Of a stretch of 64,000 nucleotides of DNA, positions 55,867 through 64,000 are shown piece after piece. Position 1 is the stretch's first letter. Each line of letters opens with the position of its first letter. Made by a program: the position numbers and the translations under genes. The notes below the pieces were generated by a model. The model made no database searches. It saw only the letters and a program-made list of their open reading frames with translations, and was not told the DNA's origin. The DNA is taken from NCBI GenBank assembly GCA_045651625.1, contig JAZRST010000065.1, forward strand, positions 15,668-79,667. The letters run 5' to 3'. The stretch comes from Acutalibacteraceae bacterium. Lineage in GTDB: Bacteria > Bacillota > Clostridia > Oscillospirales > Acutalibacteraceae.

Positions 55867-56232
55867 TTATTTACGGGAAATATGCTTTTTGATTGCCTCA
55901 AAGGATTCTTCACTTAAAAAATGCTCGATTCTGCAGGCATCCTCGGTTGCTGTTTCACGGCTGACACCGAGTCCTACAAGACAAGCCGTAAGAATAGTAT
56001 GTCTTTCGTACATTTCTTCCGCTATATAAAGCCCCTGCTTTGTAAGAAGAAGCTCACCGTTTTCTCCGACGGTGATGAAGCCTCCGTTTTTCAGCAGACC
56101 CACGGCACGGGAAATGCTGGGCTTCGAATAGCCGAGGTGCTCGCTTACGTCAATACTGCGGACTACGGGCAGGGTTTTTGACAGAATATATATTGTTTCG
56201 AGATACATTTCTCCCGATTCCTGAAGTCTCAT
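55867..56232 (-). CDS. DtxR/MntR-family metal-dependent transcriptional regulator (short form)
   Basis: 121 aa. EMYLETIYIL..., wHTH SDVSEHLGYSKPSISRAV. Candidate ligand residues retained (ERH, CRIEH). Confidence 0.78.
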   Translation of the reverse strand: MRLQESGEMYLETIYILSKTLPVVRSIDVSEHLGYSKPSISRAVGLLKNGGFITVGENGELLLTKQGLYIAEEMYERHTILTACLVGLGVSRETATEDACRIEHFLSEESFEAIKKHISRK

Positions 56233-56354
56233 AAAATGCCTCCATTATATAATATAAGAATTATAACATATAAGGGGAGCTTTTACAATATGGCATTGTT
56301 GTTGACTTTACGGCGGAATTATTGTAAAATATTACTGTAAAGGAGGCGTTTGCT

Positions 56355-57038
56355 ATGAAAAATATAAACAGAGTTTTATGGGGTCTCGTCCTTGTAGGCG
56401 TGGGTGTTGTTCTCGGTCTTCACGTGCTTGATATTCTTCCCTTTGATATCTTTTTCAAGGGCTGGTGGACTCTTATAATCATTATCCCGAGCTTCATTTC
56501 ACTTTTCTCACAGAGGGATAAGACTCCCGGTATCGTTGGTATGGTTGCAGGCGTTCTTCTGCTTCTCGGAAGCCGTGATATAATTGATTTCAAGATGCTT
56601 GCAAAGCTTATCGGCCCCATTCTTATAGTCGTTGTAGGTCTTTGCCTTATTTTCAAGGATGCCTTCAATAAGAATGCCAAGGAAGCAATCCGACGTATAA
56701 AGTCACGTAATTTTCCCAAAAAGAAGTGCACTGCGATTTTCTCGGGTCGAAATGCCGTGATTGCAGGTGAGCCCTTCTACGGTGCTGATGCGGTTGCGGT
56801 TTTCGGCGGTCTTGAAATTGATTTAAGAGGTGCCGTAATTACTGATGATATCGTAATAAACGTGGGTGCTGTATTCGGAAGCGTTGATATTTTACTGCCG
56901 GGTAACGTCAATGCTGAGCTTTGTGTAACCCCCGTATTCGGCGGTGCAGGCAACAAAACGGGAAGACCCTTTACACAGGGAATCCCCACGGTATTTGTCA
57001 GCGGTATCTGCGCATTCGGTAAGACAGACGTCAAGTGA
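56355..57038 (+). CDS. LiaF-like / DUF2154 cell-envelope stress membrane protein
   Basis: 227 aa. An N-terminal TM bundle plus C-terminal repeated VFGG.EIDLRGA / AVFGSVDILLP beta-strand motifs. AAGGAGG RBS. Confidence 0.6.
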   Translation: MKNINRVLWGLVLVGVGVVLGLHVLDILPFDIFFKGWWTLIIIIPSFISLFSQRDKTPGIVGMVAGVLLLLGSRDIIDFKMLAKLIGPILIVVVGLCLIFKDAFNKNAKEAIRRIKSRNFPKKKCTAIFSGRNAVIAGEPFYGADAVAVFGGLEIDLRGAVITDDIVINVGAVFGSVDILLPGNVNAELCVTPVFGGAGNKTGRPFTQGIPTVFVSGICAFGKTDVK

Positions 57039-57052
57039 CAACTGAAAAAATC

Positions 57053-57100
57053 AAACGGCTTGAGTTCACCCGTTTCGGTGTATCGCTCAAGCCGTTTTTT
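57053..57100. terminator. Bidirectional terminator
   Basis: AACGGCTTGAG (57053-57063) pairs with CTCAAGCCGTT (57085-57095), followed by T7 and preceded by A6. Confidence 0.55.
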
Positions 57101-58059
57101 TATTTTACGTATTCATTTACAAGGCTGTCAACCGCTTCCCAGTATTTCTCGGGGAAATTCGCACATGCCTCGTCGTGTCCCGTGTCGGGAAGTGCAAGCT
57201 TCATTTTCGGTGCGGAGCACTTTTCGTAAAGAGCCTCCATCATCCAGAAGGGAACTACGGTATCGTCCTCACCGTGGACGAAAAGTGTAGGTGTAACGGA
57301 GCGAGAAACTGCGCTTATGGGAGAGCAGTCCGAAAAGCTCCAGCCGAGGAAAAGCCTTGCAAAGCAGTCAGCCGCATTTACGAATGGGAAGGGGGGAAGT
57401 CCTGCCTCTCTTTTTATAGCTCCCTTGAAAAGCTCTCTGCAGTCGGTAAAGCCGCAGTCTGCAATACAGCATTTTACGTTTGCGGGAAGATTTTCGCCCG
57501 TTGTCAGCATTACCGTGGCACTGCCCATTGAAATGCCGAGAAGCACGATTTCTGCCTCGGGATCAAGTGAAATAATATAGTTTATCCAGGAGATTACGTC
57601 AAATTTTTCATAATAGCCCATAGAGGTGAATTTTTCATCTCTGTTTCTGTGTGCACGCTGGCAGGGCATTATGCAGTTATAGCCGTTTTTGTAGAAATGT
57701 ATTGCCTGACGTGCCATTGCTCTGGGACGAGAGGTGTAGCCGTGAACGGCAATAAGCCACTTGTGTGAGGGCTCATCCCTTAAAATTATCTTTGAAAGAA
57801 GTCTTTCTCCCTTTTCGTTATAAAGCACCGTATCCTCGGGATTTATGCCGCAGTACCAGTCGTCTGCTGTTCTGAAGTTTTCATCATTCATATATCTGTG
57901 CATATTCCCGGGGGCTTTAAGGAGCTCTTCGGGATGCTTGTTGCAGGCCTTCCTTGAGAGAATTCCGTAGCAGAGCGCACCGCCTGCACCGAGATATGCT
58001 CCTGCAGTGACAATCGCGGCACCTGCAATAATTTTAGCGGCTTTCAGTTTTTTACTCAT
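57100..58059 (-). CDS. Membrane-anchored alpha/beta hydrolase
   Basis: 319 aa. N-terminal TM, HGYTS, nucleophile elbow GISMGS, C-terminal HGEDD and GH. Confidence 0.75.
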   Translation of the reverse strand: MSKKLKAAKIIAGAAIVTAGAYLGAGGALCYGILSRKACNKHPEELLKAPGNMHRYMNDENFRTADDWYCGINPEDTVLYNEKGERLLSKIILRDEPSHKWLIAVHGYTSRPRAMARQAIHFYKNGYNCIMPCQRAHRNRDEKFTSMGYYEKFDVISWINYIISLDPEAEIVLLGISMGSATVMLTTGENLPANVKCCIADCGFTDCRELFKGAIKREAGLPPFPFVNAADCFARLFLGWSFSDCSPISAVSRSVTPTLFVHGEDDTVVPFWMMEALYEKCSAPKMKLALPDTGHDEACANFPEKYWEAVDSLVNEYVK

Positions 58060-58195
58060 AAAAAGTCCTCCCGTGACATTATAGAGTTATTTTAACAATT
58101 ATTATCGTACAAATCAACAGTTTTTTGTAGCATTGACTTGGACGGCTTTACAATGTATAATGAACTTGTATATACTTTCAGAAGGAGTGCAGGGA

Positions 58196-60565
58196 ATGAG
58201 AAAAATAATTGACCTTAATTTTGACTGGAAATACAGCGAAAGCTTTGCTGAAGAGATGATAAAGCCCGGCTATGACGACGGTGCCTTTGAAAAAGTACAG
58301 ATTCCTCATACAAACAAGGAGCTGCCCTACAACTATTTTGACGAAAAGATTTTTCAGTTTGTAAGCTGCTACAGAAAAAACTTCCGTCTTCCCAAGGATG
58401 CTTTTACGGGTAATAAAAAGATTTTCATTACCTTTGAGGGTGCGGCAAACTATGCAAAGGTTTATCTCAACGGTGATTTTATCGGTGAGCACAAGGGCGG
58501 TTATACTCCCTTCTCCCTTGAAATTACGGACAATGTGAATAAGAGCAACAACGTTCTTACCGTTATGCTTGATTCCACCGAAAGACCCGAGATTCCTCCC
58601 TTCGGCAAGGTTGTTGACTACCTGGTTTACGGCGGTATCTACAGAGAAGTACATATTGATATTTACGACGAAAAATATATTGAGGACGTTTTTGTAAAGA
58701 CTCCCGACCCTCTTTACAGCGTAAAGACCATTGAAGCAGATGTAACCTTTTCCGAGAAGGTTACGGGTAAGTGCAGATTCGAGCTTTATGACGGAGAAAA
58801 GCTTCTCGGCACAAAGACTGCAGAGGCTGACGGCAAGGCAATCCGTATCCGCTGGAAGGTAAAAAACGTTGAGCTGTGGGATATTGACAATCCCAAGCTT
58901 TACACCCTTAAGGTAAGCTTCGGTGAGGATGAAGCAGAAAAGCGCTTCGGCTTCCGTGAGGCATCATTTACAAGAACGGGCTTTGTGCTTAACGGCAGAA
59001 AGATAAAGCTTATCGGTCTTAACCGTCATCAGAGCTACCCCTACGTTGGTAATGCAATGCCTGCCTCCGCACAGAAGGCTGATGCCGATTTTATGAAATA
59101 TACCCTCGGCTGTAATATCGTAAGAACGGCACACTATCCCGACTCCGTGCATTTCCTTGACCGCTGTGACGAAATCGGTCTTCTCGTGTTTACGGAAATG
59201 CCCTCATGGCAGTTCCTGGGTGAAGGTGAATGGAGAGAAAACTGTCTCGACAATATCCGCTCAATGGTTACCCGTGACAGAAGCCATCCTTCGGTAGTTC
59301 TCTGGGGTGTCCGTGTAAATGAAGGCGGAGACTGTGACGAATTCTATACCGAGACCAATGCTCTTGCACGTTCTCTTGACCCCACAAGACAGACGGGCGG
59401 TGTAAGAAACTTCCCCAGAAGCCACCTGCTTGAGGATGTTTATACTTATAATGACTTTATCCATTCGGGCGGTCCCATCAATCTTCTTCCCGCTGTTATC
59501 ACCTGCGGACTGAAGGCTCCCTATCTTGTAACCGAGCACAACGGTCATATGTATCCCACAAAGACCTTTGACAGAGAGGCTCTTCGCACAGAGCACGCTT
59601 TAAGACATCTCCGCGTACAGAATACCTCCTTCGGCTCAAAGCGTCACACGGGTGCTATCGGCTGGTGTATGGCTGACTACAATACCCATAAGGACTTCGG
59701 CAGCGGTGACAGAATCTGCTACCACGGTGTAGCCGATATGTTCCGTATTCCGAAGCTTGCAGGTGCCGTATATGCTTCTCAGCAGGACGATATCCCCGTG
59801 CTTGAAACCTCTTCCGCAATGGACGTAGGTGAGCATCCCGGTGCAATTATCGGTCAGACCTATATCTTCACAAACTGCGACTACGTTGAAATCTATAAAA
59901 ACGGCAAGTACAAGTCAACGGCATACCCGGACAAAAAGGCTTATCCCAACCTTCCTCATCCTCCCATTCTTCCCAAGGACTTTATAGGAAGCTCTCTTGA
60001 AGAGGAGGAGGGACTTGCTCCCGAGGTTGCCGCACCTCTCAAGAATGCTCTCGTTGCGGCTTCCGTTTACGGCTACATTATGCCCCCTCAGCACTATCTT
60101 GAGGTTGCTTATTCCTTCCTTAAGGGCAAAATGAAGATATCCGAAATCGTTGATATCGTTACCAAGTATTTTGCCAACTGGGGTGACGAGCACGTTGAAT
60201 ACCGCTTCGACGGCTATAAGAACGGTGTGCTTGTAAAATCCGTTACCCGTACTGCTGTAACGGGTCAGCAGCTTGTTGTGAAGGCTGACAGCGATACTCT
60301 TATTGAGGACAAGACCTATGACGTAACAAGAGTTGAGCTTATGTGTCAGGACCTTAACGGCAACCGTCTGCCCTTTGCAAACAACAGCATAAAGGTTAGA
60401 GTTGACGGTCCTGCTACCGTTATCGGTCCCGATGAATTTGCTCTTGTGGGCGGTGCACGTGCATTCTGGCTTAAAACAGCAGGTAAGTCAGGTGATGTTA
60501 CCGTAACTGTTACAGGTGAAAATCTCGGTGAACACACCCTTACATTCAAGGTTATAAAGAAATAA
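58196..60565 (+). CDS. Glycoside hydrolase family 2 (beta-galactosidase/beta-glucuronidase-like)
   Basis: ATG at 58196, 9 nt after AAGGAG (MRKIIDLNFDWKY). GGYTPF, NRHQSYP, RTAHYP, VFTEMPSW motifs. Confidence 0.85.
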   Translation: MRKIIDLNFDWKYSESFAEEMIKPGYDDGAFEKVQIPHTNKELPYNYFDEKIFQFVSCYRKNFRLPKDAFTGNKKIFITFEGAANYAKVYLNGDFIGEHKGGYTPFSLEITDNVNKSNNVLTVMLDSTERPEIPPFGKVVDYLVYGGIYREVHIDIYDEKYIEDVFVKTPDPLYSVKTIEADVTFSEKVTGKCRFELYDGEKLLGTKTAEADGKAIRIRWKVKNVELWDIDNPKLYTLKVSFGEDEAEKRFGFREASFTRTGFVLNGRKIKLIGLNRHQSYPYVGNAMPASAQKADADFMKYTLGCNIVRTAHYPDSVHFLDRCDEIGLLVFTEMPSWQFLGEGEWRENCLDNIRSMVTRDRSHPSVVLWGVRVNEGGDCDEFYTETNALARSLDPTRQTGGVRNFPRSHLLEDVYTYNDFIHSGGPINLLPAVITCGLKAPYLVTEHNGHMYPTKTFDREALRTEHALRHLRVQNTSFGSKRHTGAIGWCMADYNTHKDFGSGDRICYHGVADMFRIPKLAGAVYASQQDDIPVLETSSAMDVGEHPGAIIGQTYIFTNCDYVEIYKNGKYKSTAYPDKKAYPNLPHPPILPKDFIGSSLEEEEGLAPEVAAPLKNALVAASVYGYIMPPQHYLEVAYSFLKGKMKISEIVDIVTKYFANWGDEHVEYRFDGYKNGVLVKSVTRTAVTGQQLVVKADSDTLIEDKTYDVTRVELMCQDLNGNRLPFANNSIKVRVDGPATVIGPDEFALVGGARAFWLKTAGKSGDVTVTVTGENLGEHTLTFKVIKK

Positions 60566-60570
60566 TAGTA

Positions 60571-60618
60571 ACCCCCGGCTTTTACGGATGCTTTCAGTTG
60601 CATCCGGGAAGCACGGGG
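60571..60618 (+). terminator. Probable terminator after the GH2 gene (nested hairpin)
   Basis: ACCCCCG...CGGGGGT outer stem with CGGATGC-tttcagt-GCATCCG inner stem. The downstream T-run is weak. Confidence 0.4.
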
Positions 60619-60901
60619 GTAAGCTTTTGACCGATTTTTTATTCGTTGACTGCGATAGCTGTGTTATCGTGTTTATATAAGTCCGAATTAAGACTGTTGA
60701 CATTTTCTTTATTTAGGGTATATTTTTCTTCACTTGTGCACACGCTATTGCTTTTTTTGTATAAATGTTGATATGATTGAGACAGCAATAAAATGCTTTC
60801 TGAGGTGATTCCGATGGTTTAACAGGTGTTTTTGTTGTATATTTGACGGAATAGTAATTTATATATATTTTTTCAAGAACAGCTTTAAGGAGGAATTTAT
60901 T

Positions 60902-61441
60902 ATGAAAAAGTTGATTGCATTGATTCTGACATTATTAATTTTCTCTTCCTGTGTTCTTTTCTGTTCTGCAGCTGTGACTGTCGGGTATGATGTGAATTCA
61001 GACGGAAAAACCGATGCCGGTGATGCAAGATTTATTCTTCGCTGTGCTGTGGGGTTCGAAGAATATACAGTGGAGCAGCTTTATGCAGGTGACACGGATT
61101 CTGATGGTGAACTGACTGCTTCCGATGCCCGTAATGTGCTGAGGTGTTCCGTAGGTATGCCTGTTGAAAGTACCAAAGAAAATTATGCGCTTGATTCTCT
61201 GATAGTAAAAGTAAAGAGTGAGTATATAATCGATAACAGCTTTGAAATTGCTCTTCTTGCAACTGAGAATGTGAAGGACTGCGAATTACTTTTTAAGGAT
61301 TCAGACGGCGGATGGTTTTTTACCGTGTATCTTAAGTGGCCGGGTAAAAAGAATCTTTACAGGCTCAAGGAATATTACAAGGGAATAGATGCGGTTGAGC
61401 TGGTGGAATTCAATTGGATTTCCCATATCAATTTAGCTTAA
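60902..61441 (+). CDS. Small secreted dockerin protein with an unknown ~90-aa C-terminal domain
   Basis: 179 aa. Signal peptide. DVNSDGKTDAGDARFILRCAVG / DTDSDGELTASDARNVLRCSVG. AAGGAGG RBS. Codon usage is AT-rich compared with its neighbours. Confidence 0.75.
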   Translation: MKKLIALILTLLIFSSCVLFCSAAVTVGYDVNSDGKTDAGDARFILRCAVGFEEYTVEQLYAGDTDSDGELTASDARNVLRCSVGMPVESTKENYALDSLIVKVKSEYIIDNSFEIALLATENVKDCELLFKDSDGGWFFTVYLKWPGKKNLYRLKEYYKGIDAVELVEFNWISHINLA

Positions 61442-61460
61442 CTTCCACTGAATATAAAAA

Positions 61461-61492
61461 CCGGCATAGGTCTTTTTTAAGACTTATGCCGG
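61461..61492. terminator. Bidirectional terminator
   Basis: CCGGCATAGGTC-ttttttaa-GACTTATGCCGG with A5 upstream. One G-U/mismatch position. Confidence 0.6.
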
Positions 61493-61497
61493 AAATT

Positions 61498-62787
61498 TTA
61501 TTTTGTTAATTCAATTGCGTACATATACTGACACTTTACCTCGTCGGGATTGATGGCAGGGAAGTTGATTTTCAGCTTTCCGCCGTCATTTTCCGTGGTA
61601 AGCACTGCATCGTGAGAGAGAAGACGAGCCTTGAGCTTTTCGTCATAATCAACCTCTGAAAGAGTAACACTGCCGAAGGGGAAGCGGTTGATTATTGCGT
61701 AAACTGTGTCGCCCTTCTTTGTGTAGTAGGTATCCTTCTGAGGATTCTTTGTGTAAAGGCGGGTGCCGTAAATAGCGTCACCGTTCACCTCAAGCCACTG
61801 ACCTATCTGAAGAAGTCTTTCCTCCATGATTACGGGAATTGTACCGTCTGCGGCAGGACCGATGTTAAGAAGGAAGTTTCCGCCCTTGGATACTAATTCA
61901 ACAAGCATTTCGATAAGCTCTTTTGCGGAAAGATAATCCTCTGTTGTTTCAATTCTGTTAAGTCCGAAGGATTTGCCGATACCTCTGCATTCCTCGAAGG
62001 GACGGTCAAGCTCAACGTCCTCAATCTTTCTTCCGCCGTCAATAATGCCGTATTCTGTGGTGAAGTTACCGCCAAGTCTTCCTCGTGTTTCCTTGCCCCA
62101 GCGGTCATTGGGAACGATGTAGTCCTTAACGGGGGATTCATTGTAAAGCCAGGTTAAGAATTCGGTTGAATGCCAGGTTTCACTGGGATGATCCCATTCA
62201 CCGTCAGTAAAGAGGGTAGAGGGCTCATACTTTGTGATAAGCTCCTTGAGCATAGGATGAAGGTGCTTTACTGCATATTCCTCGGGATCCTTGAGATAAA
62301 GGGGATGGAACCACTCGTAAACGGAGTGATAAACACCGAAGCGAACGCCTGAGTCCTTCATTGCCTCCTTTAATTCCATACAGAAGTCTCTGTGAGGGCC
62401 GACGTCCATTGAGTTCCAGTTCCAGGCATAGTCGGTCTTGAAAAGACAGAAGCCGTCGTGATGCTTTGATGTGATGTTTATATACTTTGCGCCTGATTTC
62501 TTGAAAAGGTCAGCCCATTTTTCTGCATCGAAAAGCTCAGCCTTGAAGCCCTCAACGAAATCGGTATATTTATAATCCTCACCGAAAACCTTGTCGTGCC
62601 ATTCCTTTGCACCCTGGTCAGGCTGTTTTTCAATCTGCCACTGATACCATTCGGCATAATGACCTCTTGTGGTGTAGGCAGGTACGGAATAAAGTCCCCA
62701 ATGAATGAAGATACCGAACTTCGCATCGGCAAACCATTCGGGAACGGGACGGGAATTAAGGGATTCGCAATTGTTTTCGTATTTCAT
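61498..62787 (-). CDS. Alpha-L-fucosidase (GH29)
   Basis: 429 aa. PEWFADAKFGIFIHWGLYSVPAY and HHDGFCLF motifs. No signal peptide. Confidence 0.87.
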   Translation of the reverse strand: MKYENNCESLNSRPVPEWFADAKFGIFIHWGLYSVPAYTTRGHYAEWYQWQIEKQPDQGAKEWHDKVFGEDYKYTDFVEGFKAELFDAEKWADLFKKSGAKYINITSKHHDGFCLFKTDYAWNWNSMDVGPHRDFCMELKEAMKDSGVRFGVYHSVYEWFHPLYLKDPEEYAVKHLHPMLKELITKYEPSTLFTDGEWDHPSETWHSTEFLTWLYNESPVKDYIVPNDRWGKETRGRLGGNFTTEYGIIDGGRKIEDVELDRPFEECRGIGKSFGLNRIETTEDYLSAKELIEMLVELVSKGGNFLLNIGPAADGTIPVIMEERLLQIGQWLEVNGDAIYGTRLYTKNPQKDTYYTKKGDTVYAIINRFPFGSVTLSEVDYDEKLKARLLSHDAVLTTENDGGKLKINFPAINPDEVKCQYMYAIELTK

Positions 62788-62922
62788 ATTGAAGCTCCTT
62801 AGAGTTTTTTCTTTATTATAAATGTAATTTTACGTTAATGCAAATATTTTTTTTCAAACTATTGCGAAAACCTATGTTTTATGTGTATAATAAGGTATAT
62901 TTTGTAGTGCGAGGTTTTGATT

Positions 62923-64000
62923 ATGGTTGATGCAAAGATAAAGGCTCTTGTGAATTATGCGGTCAATGCCGGTCTTATTGAAGAATCGGACAGGACCTAC
63001 TGCATAAACGGCATTATTGCCCTTTTCGGAAAGAATGAATTTGACAGTGAGGTCGCTCCCGCTGAAGGTACTCTTGCAGAAATCCTTAAAGGACTTTGTG
63101 ATGATGCGATTGAAGCAGGAATTATTGATTCAGGCTCCGTTTCAGAGGATTTATTCGATACTAAAATTATGGGTGTTCTCACACCCCGTCCCTCCGAGGT
63201 TATAAAAAAGTTCAGAGAGCTTTATAACGAGTGTCCCTCAAAGGCTACCGACTGGTATTACAAGCTCAGCGGAGATACGAACTATATTCGCCGTGACAGA
63301 ATTGCCAAAATCATAAAGTGGCAGCAGACGGGTGATTACGGTACCATTGATATCACAGTCAATCTTTCAAAGCCCGAAAAGGATCCCAAGGCAATTGCCG
63401 CAGCAAAGAATATGCCTCAGTCGGGATATCCCAAGTGTATGCTCTGCCGTGAGTGTGAGGGCTATCAGGGAAGAATTGATTTTCCTGCACGTCAGAATCA
63501 CAGAATCATTCCCGTTGAAATAAACGGCGAAAGCTGGTTTATGCAGTATTCTCCCTACGTTTACTACAACGAGCATTGCATCGTTTTCAATTCCAAGCAT
63601 ACTCCCATGACAATTGACAGAAGCGTTTTCAGAAAGCTTCTGAGCTTTGTTACGGTGTTCCCCCATTATTTCCTCGGCTCCAATGCTGACCTTCCCATTG
63701 TCGGCGGTTCAATTCTTTCCCACGAGCATTTCCAGGGCGGTAAGTACGAATTTGCAATGGAGAGAGCGCCCATTGAAAAGGAAATTTTCTTTGAGGGCTT
63801 CAGTGACGTAAAGGCAGGTCTTGTAAAGTGGCCTATGTCCACTATAAGACTTCAGTCAGAAAATATTGAAAGCCTCGTTGAGCTTTCCGACAGAATTCTT
63901 CGCAAGTGGAGAGGCTATACCGACGAATCGGCATTTATCTTTGCAGAAACAGACGGAGTTCCTCATAACACAATCACTCCCATTGCAAGAAGAAGGGGAG
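62923..64000 (+). CDS. galT: UDP-glucose--hexose-1-phosphate uridylyltransferase (GalT, Firmicute ~500-aa type), 3' end beyond the window
   Basis: Not in the ORF track because no stop falls inside the window. My translation from the ATG at 62923 stays open to 64000. It contains YPKCMLCRECEGY, NEHCIVF and the HEHFQGG active-site motif (in frame at 63721). Confidence 0.85.
   Translation, partial: MVDAKIKALVNYAVNAGLIEESDRTYCINGIIALFGKNEFDSEVAPAEGTLAEILKGLCDDAIEAGIIDSGSVSEDLFDTKIMGVLTPRPSEVIKKFRELYNECPSKATDWYYKLSGDTNYIRRDRIAKIIKWQQTGDYGTIDITVNLSKPEKDPKAIAAAKNMPQSGYPKCMLCRECEGYQGRIDFPARQNHRIIPVEINGESWFMQYSPYVYYNEHCIVFNSKHTPMTIDRSVFRKLLSFVTVFPHYFLGSNADLPIVGGSILSHEHFQGGKYEFAMERAPIEKEIFFEGFSDVKAGLVKWPMSTIRLQSENIESLVELSDRILRKWRGYTDESAFIFAETDGVPHNTITPIARRRG

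Noticed and set aside
58133-58195. N-terminal extensions proposed by the ORF track. Examples are 58133 for GH2, 39047 for the BMP lipoprotein, 40415 for the ABC ATPase, 41982 for the permease, 50487 for rubrerythrin, 8168 for the lysin, 850 for DUF554 and 34541 for the SDR.
   Set aside because: In each case an internal start has a properly spaced GGAGG-type RBS. It also yields the canonical N-terminus (signal peptide, lipobox or conserved first motif). The longer forms overlap upstream genes or terminators.

Overview
This is a densely coding chromosomal window of about 55 protein genes and 1 tRNA from an anaerobic Firmicute. It looks Ruminococcus-like (Oscillospiraceae), because four ORFs carry two-segment dockerin modules (D-x-D/N-x-D-G ... 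DAR..LR.AVG). Most of the window is ordinary housekeeping:
- guaB-type IMP dehydrogenase
- proBAC
- the conserved pyrH-frr-uppS-cdsA-dxr-rseP-ispG block
- xpt plus a BMP-family nucleoside ABC transporter
- phoH-ybeY-era-recO
- a perR-like Fur regulator plus rubrerythrin

The rest is glycan-utilisation and accessory genes: nahK, GH2, GH29, GH30-like and GH78-like enzymes, two GPH symporters, and a partial galT at the right edge. I found no CRISPR array, rRNA, transposase, integrase, prophage genes or recognisable defence genes.

I cannot show that a novel system is present. The places that deserve a second look are:
1. An AT-rich 3.6-kb islet (23.6-27.2 kb) next to tRNA-Leu. It encodes a dockerin-(CxxC)4-M28 peptidase divergent from a translationally coupled pair: an XRE-HTH::sigma-70-region-4 hybrid protein and a single-pass membrane protein. 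A 21/22-bp inverted repeat lies in the shared promoter region.
2. tRNA-Leu 3'-end fragments (a 22-nt direct copy and a 15-nt inverted copy) bracketing a GC-rich, structured ~150-nt segment with terminators on both sides.
3. A six-gene redox/phospho operon (truncated Fe-S old-yellow-enzyme, SDR, 622-aa flavoprotein, 2-hydroxyacid dehydrogenase, PHP, kinase) followed by a GPH symporter.
4. Dockerin-tagged non-glycosidase cargo, including a CHAP-SH3b-SH3b-GH25 lysin and a 717-aa all-alpha orphan protein.

All calls rest on reading the supplied translations and the DNA by eye. No searches were run.
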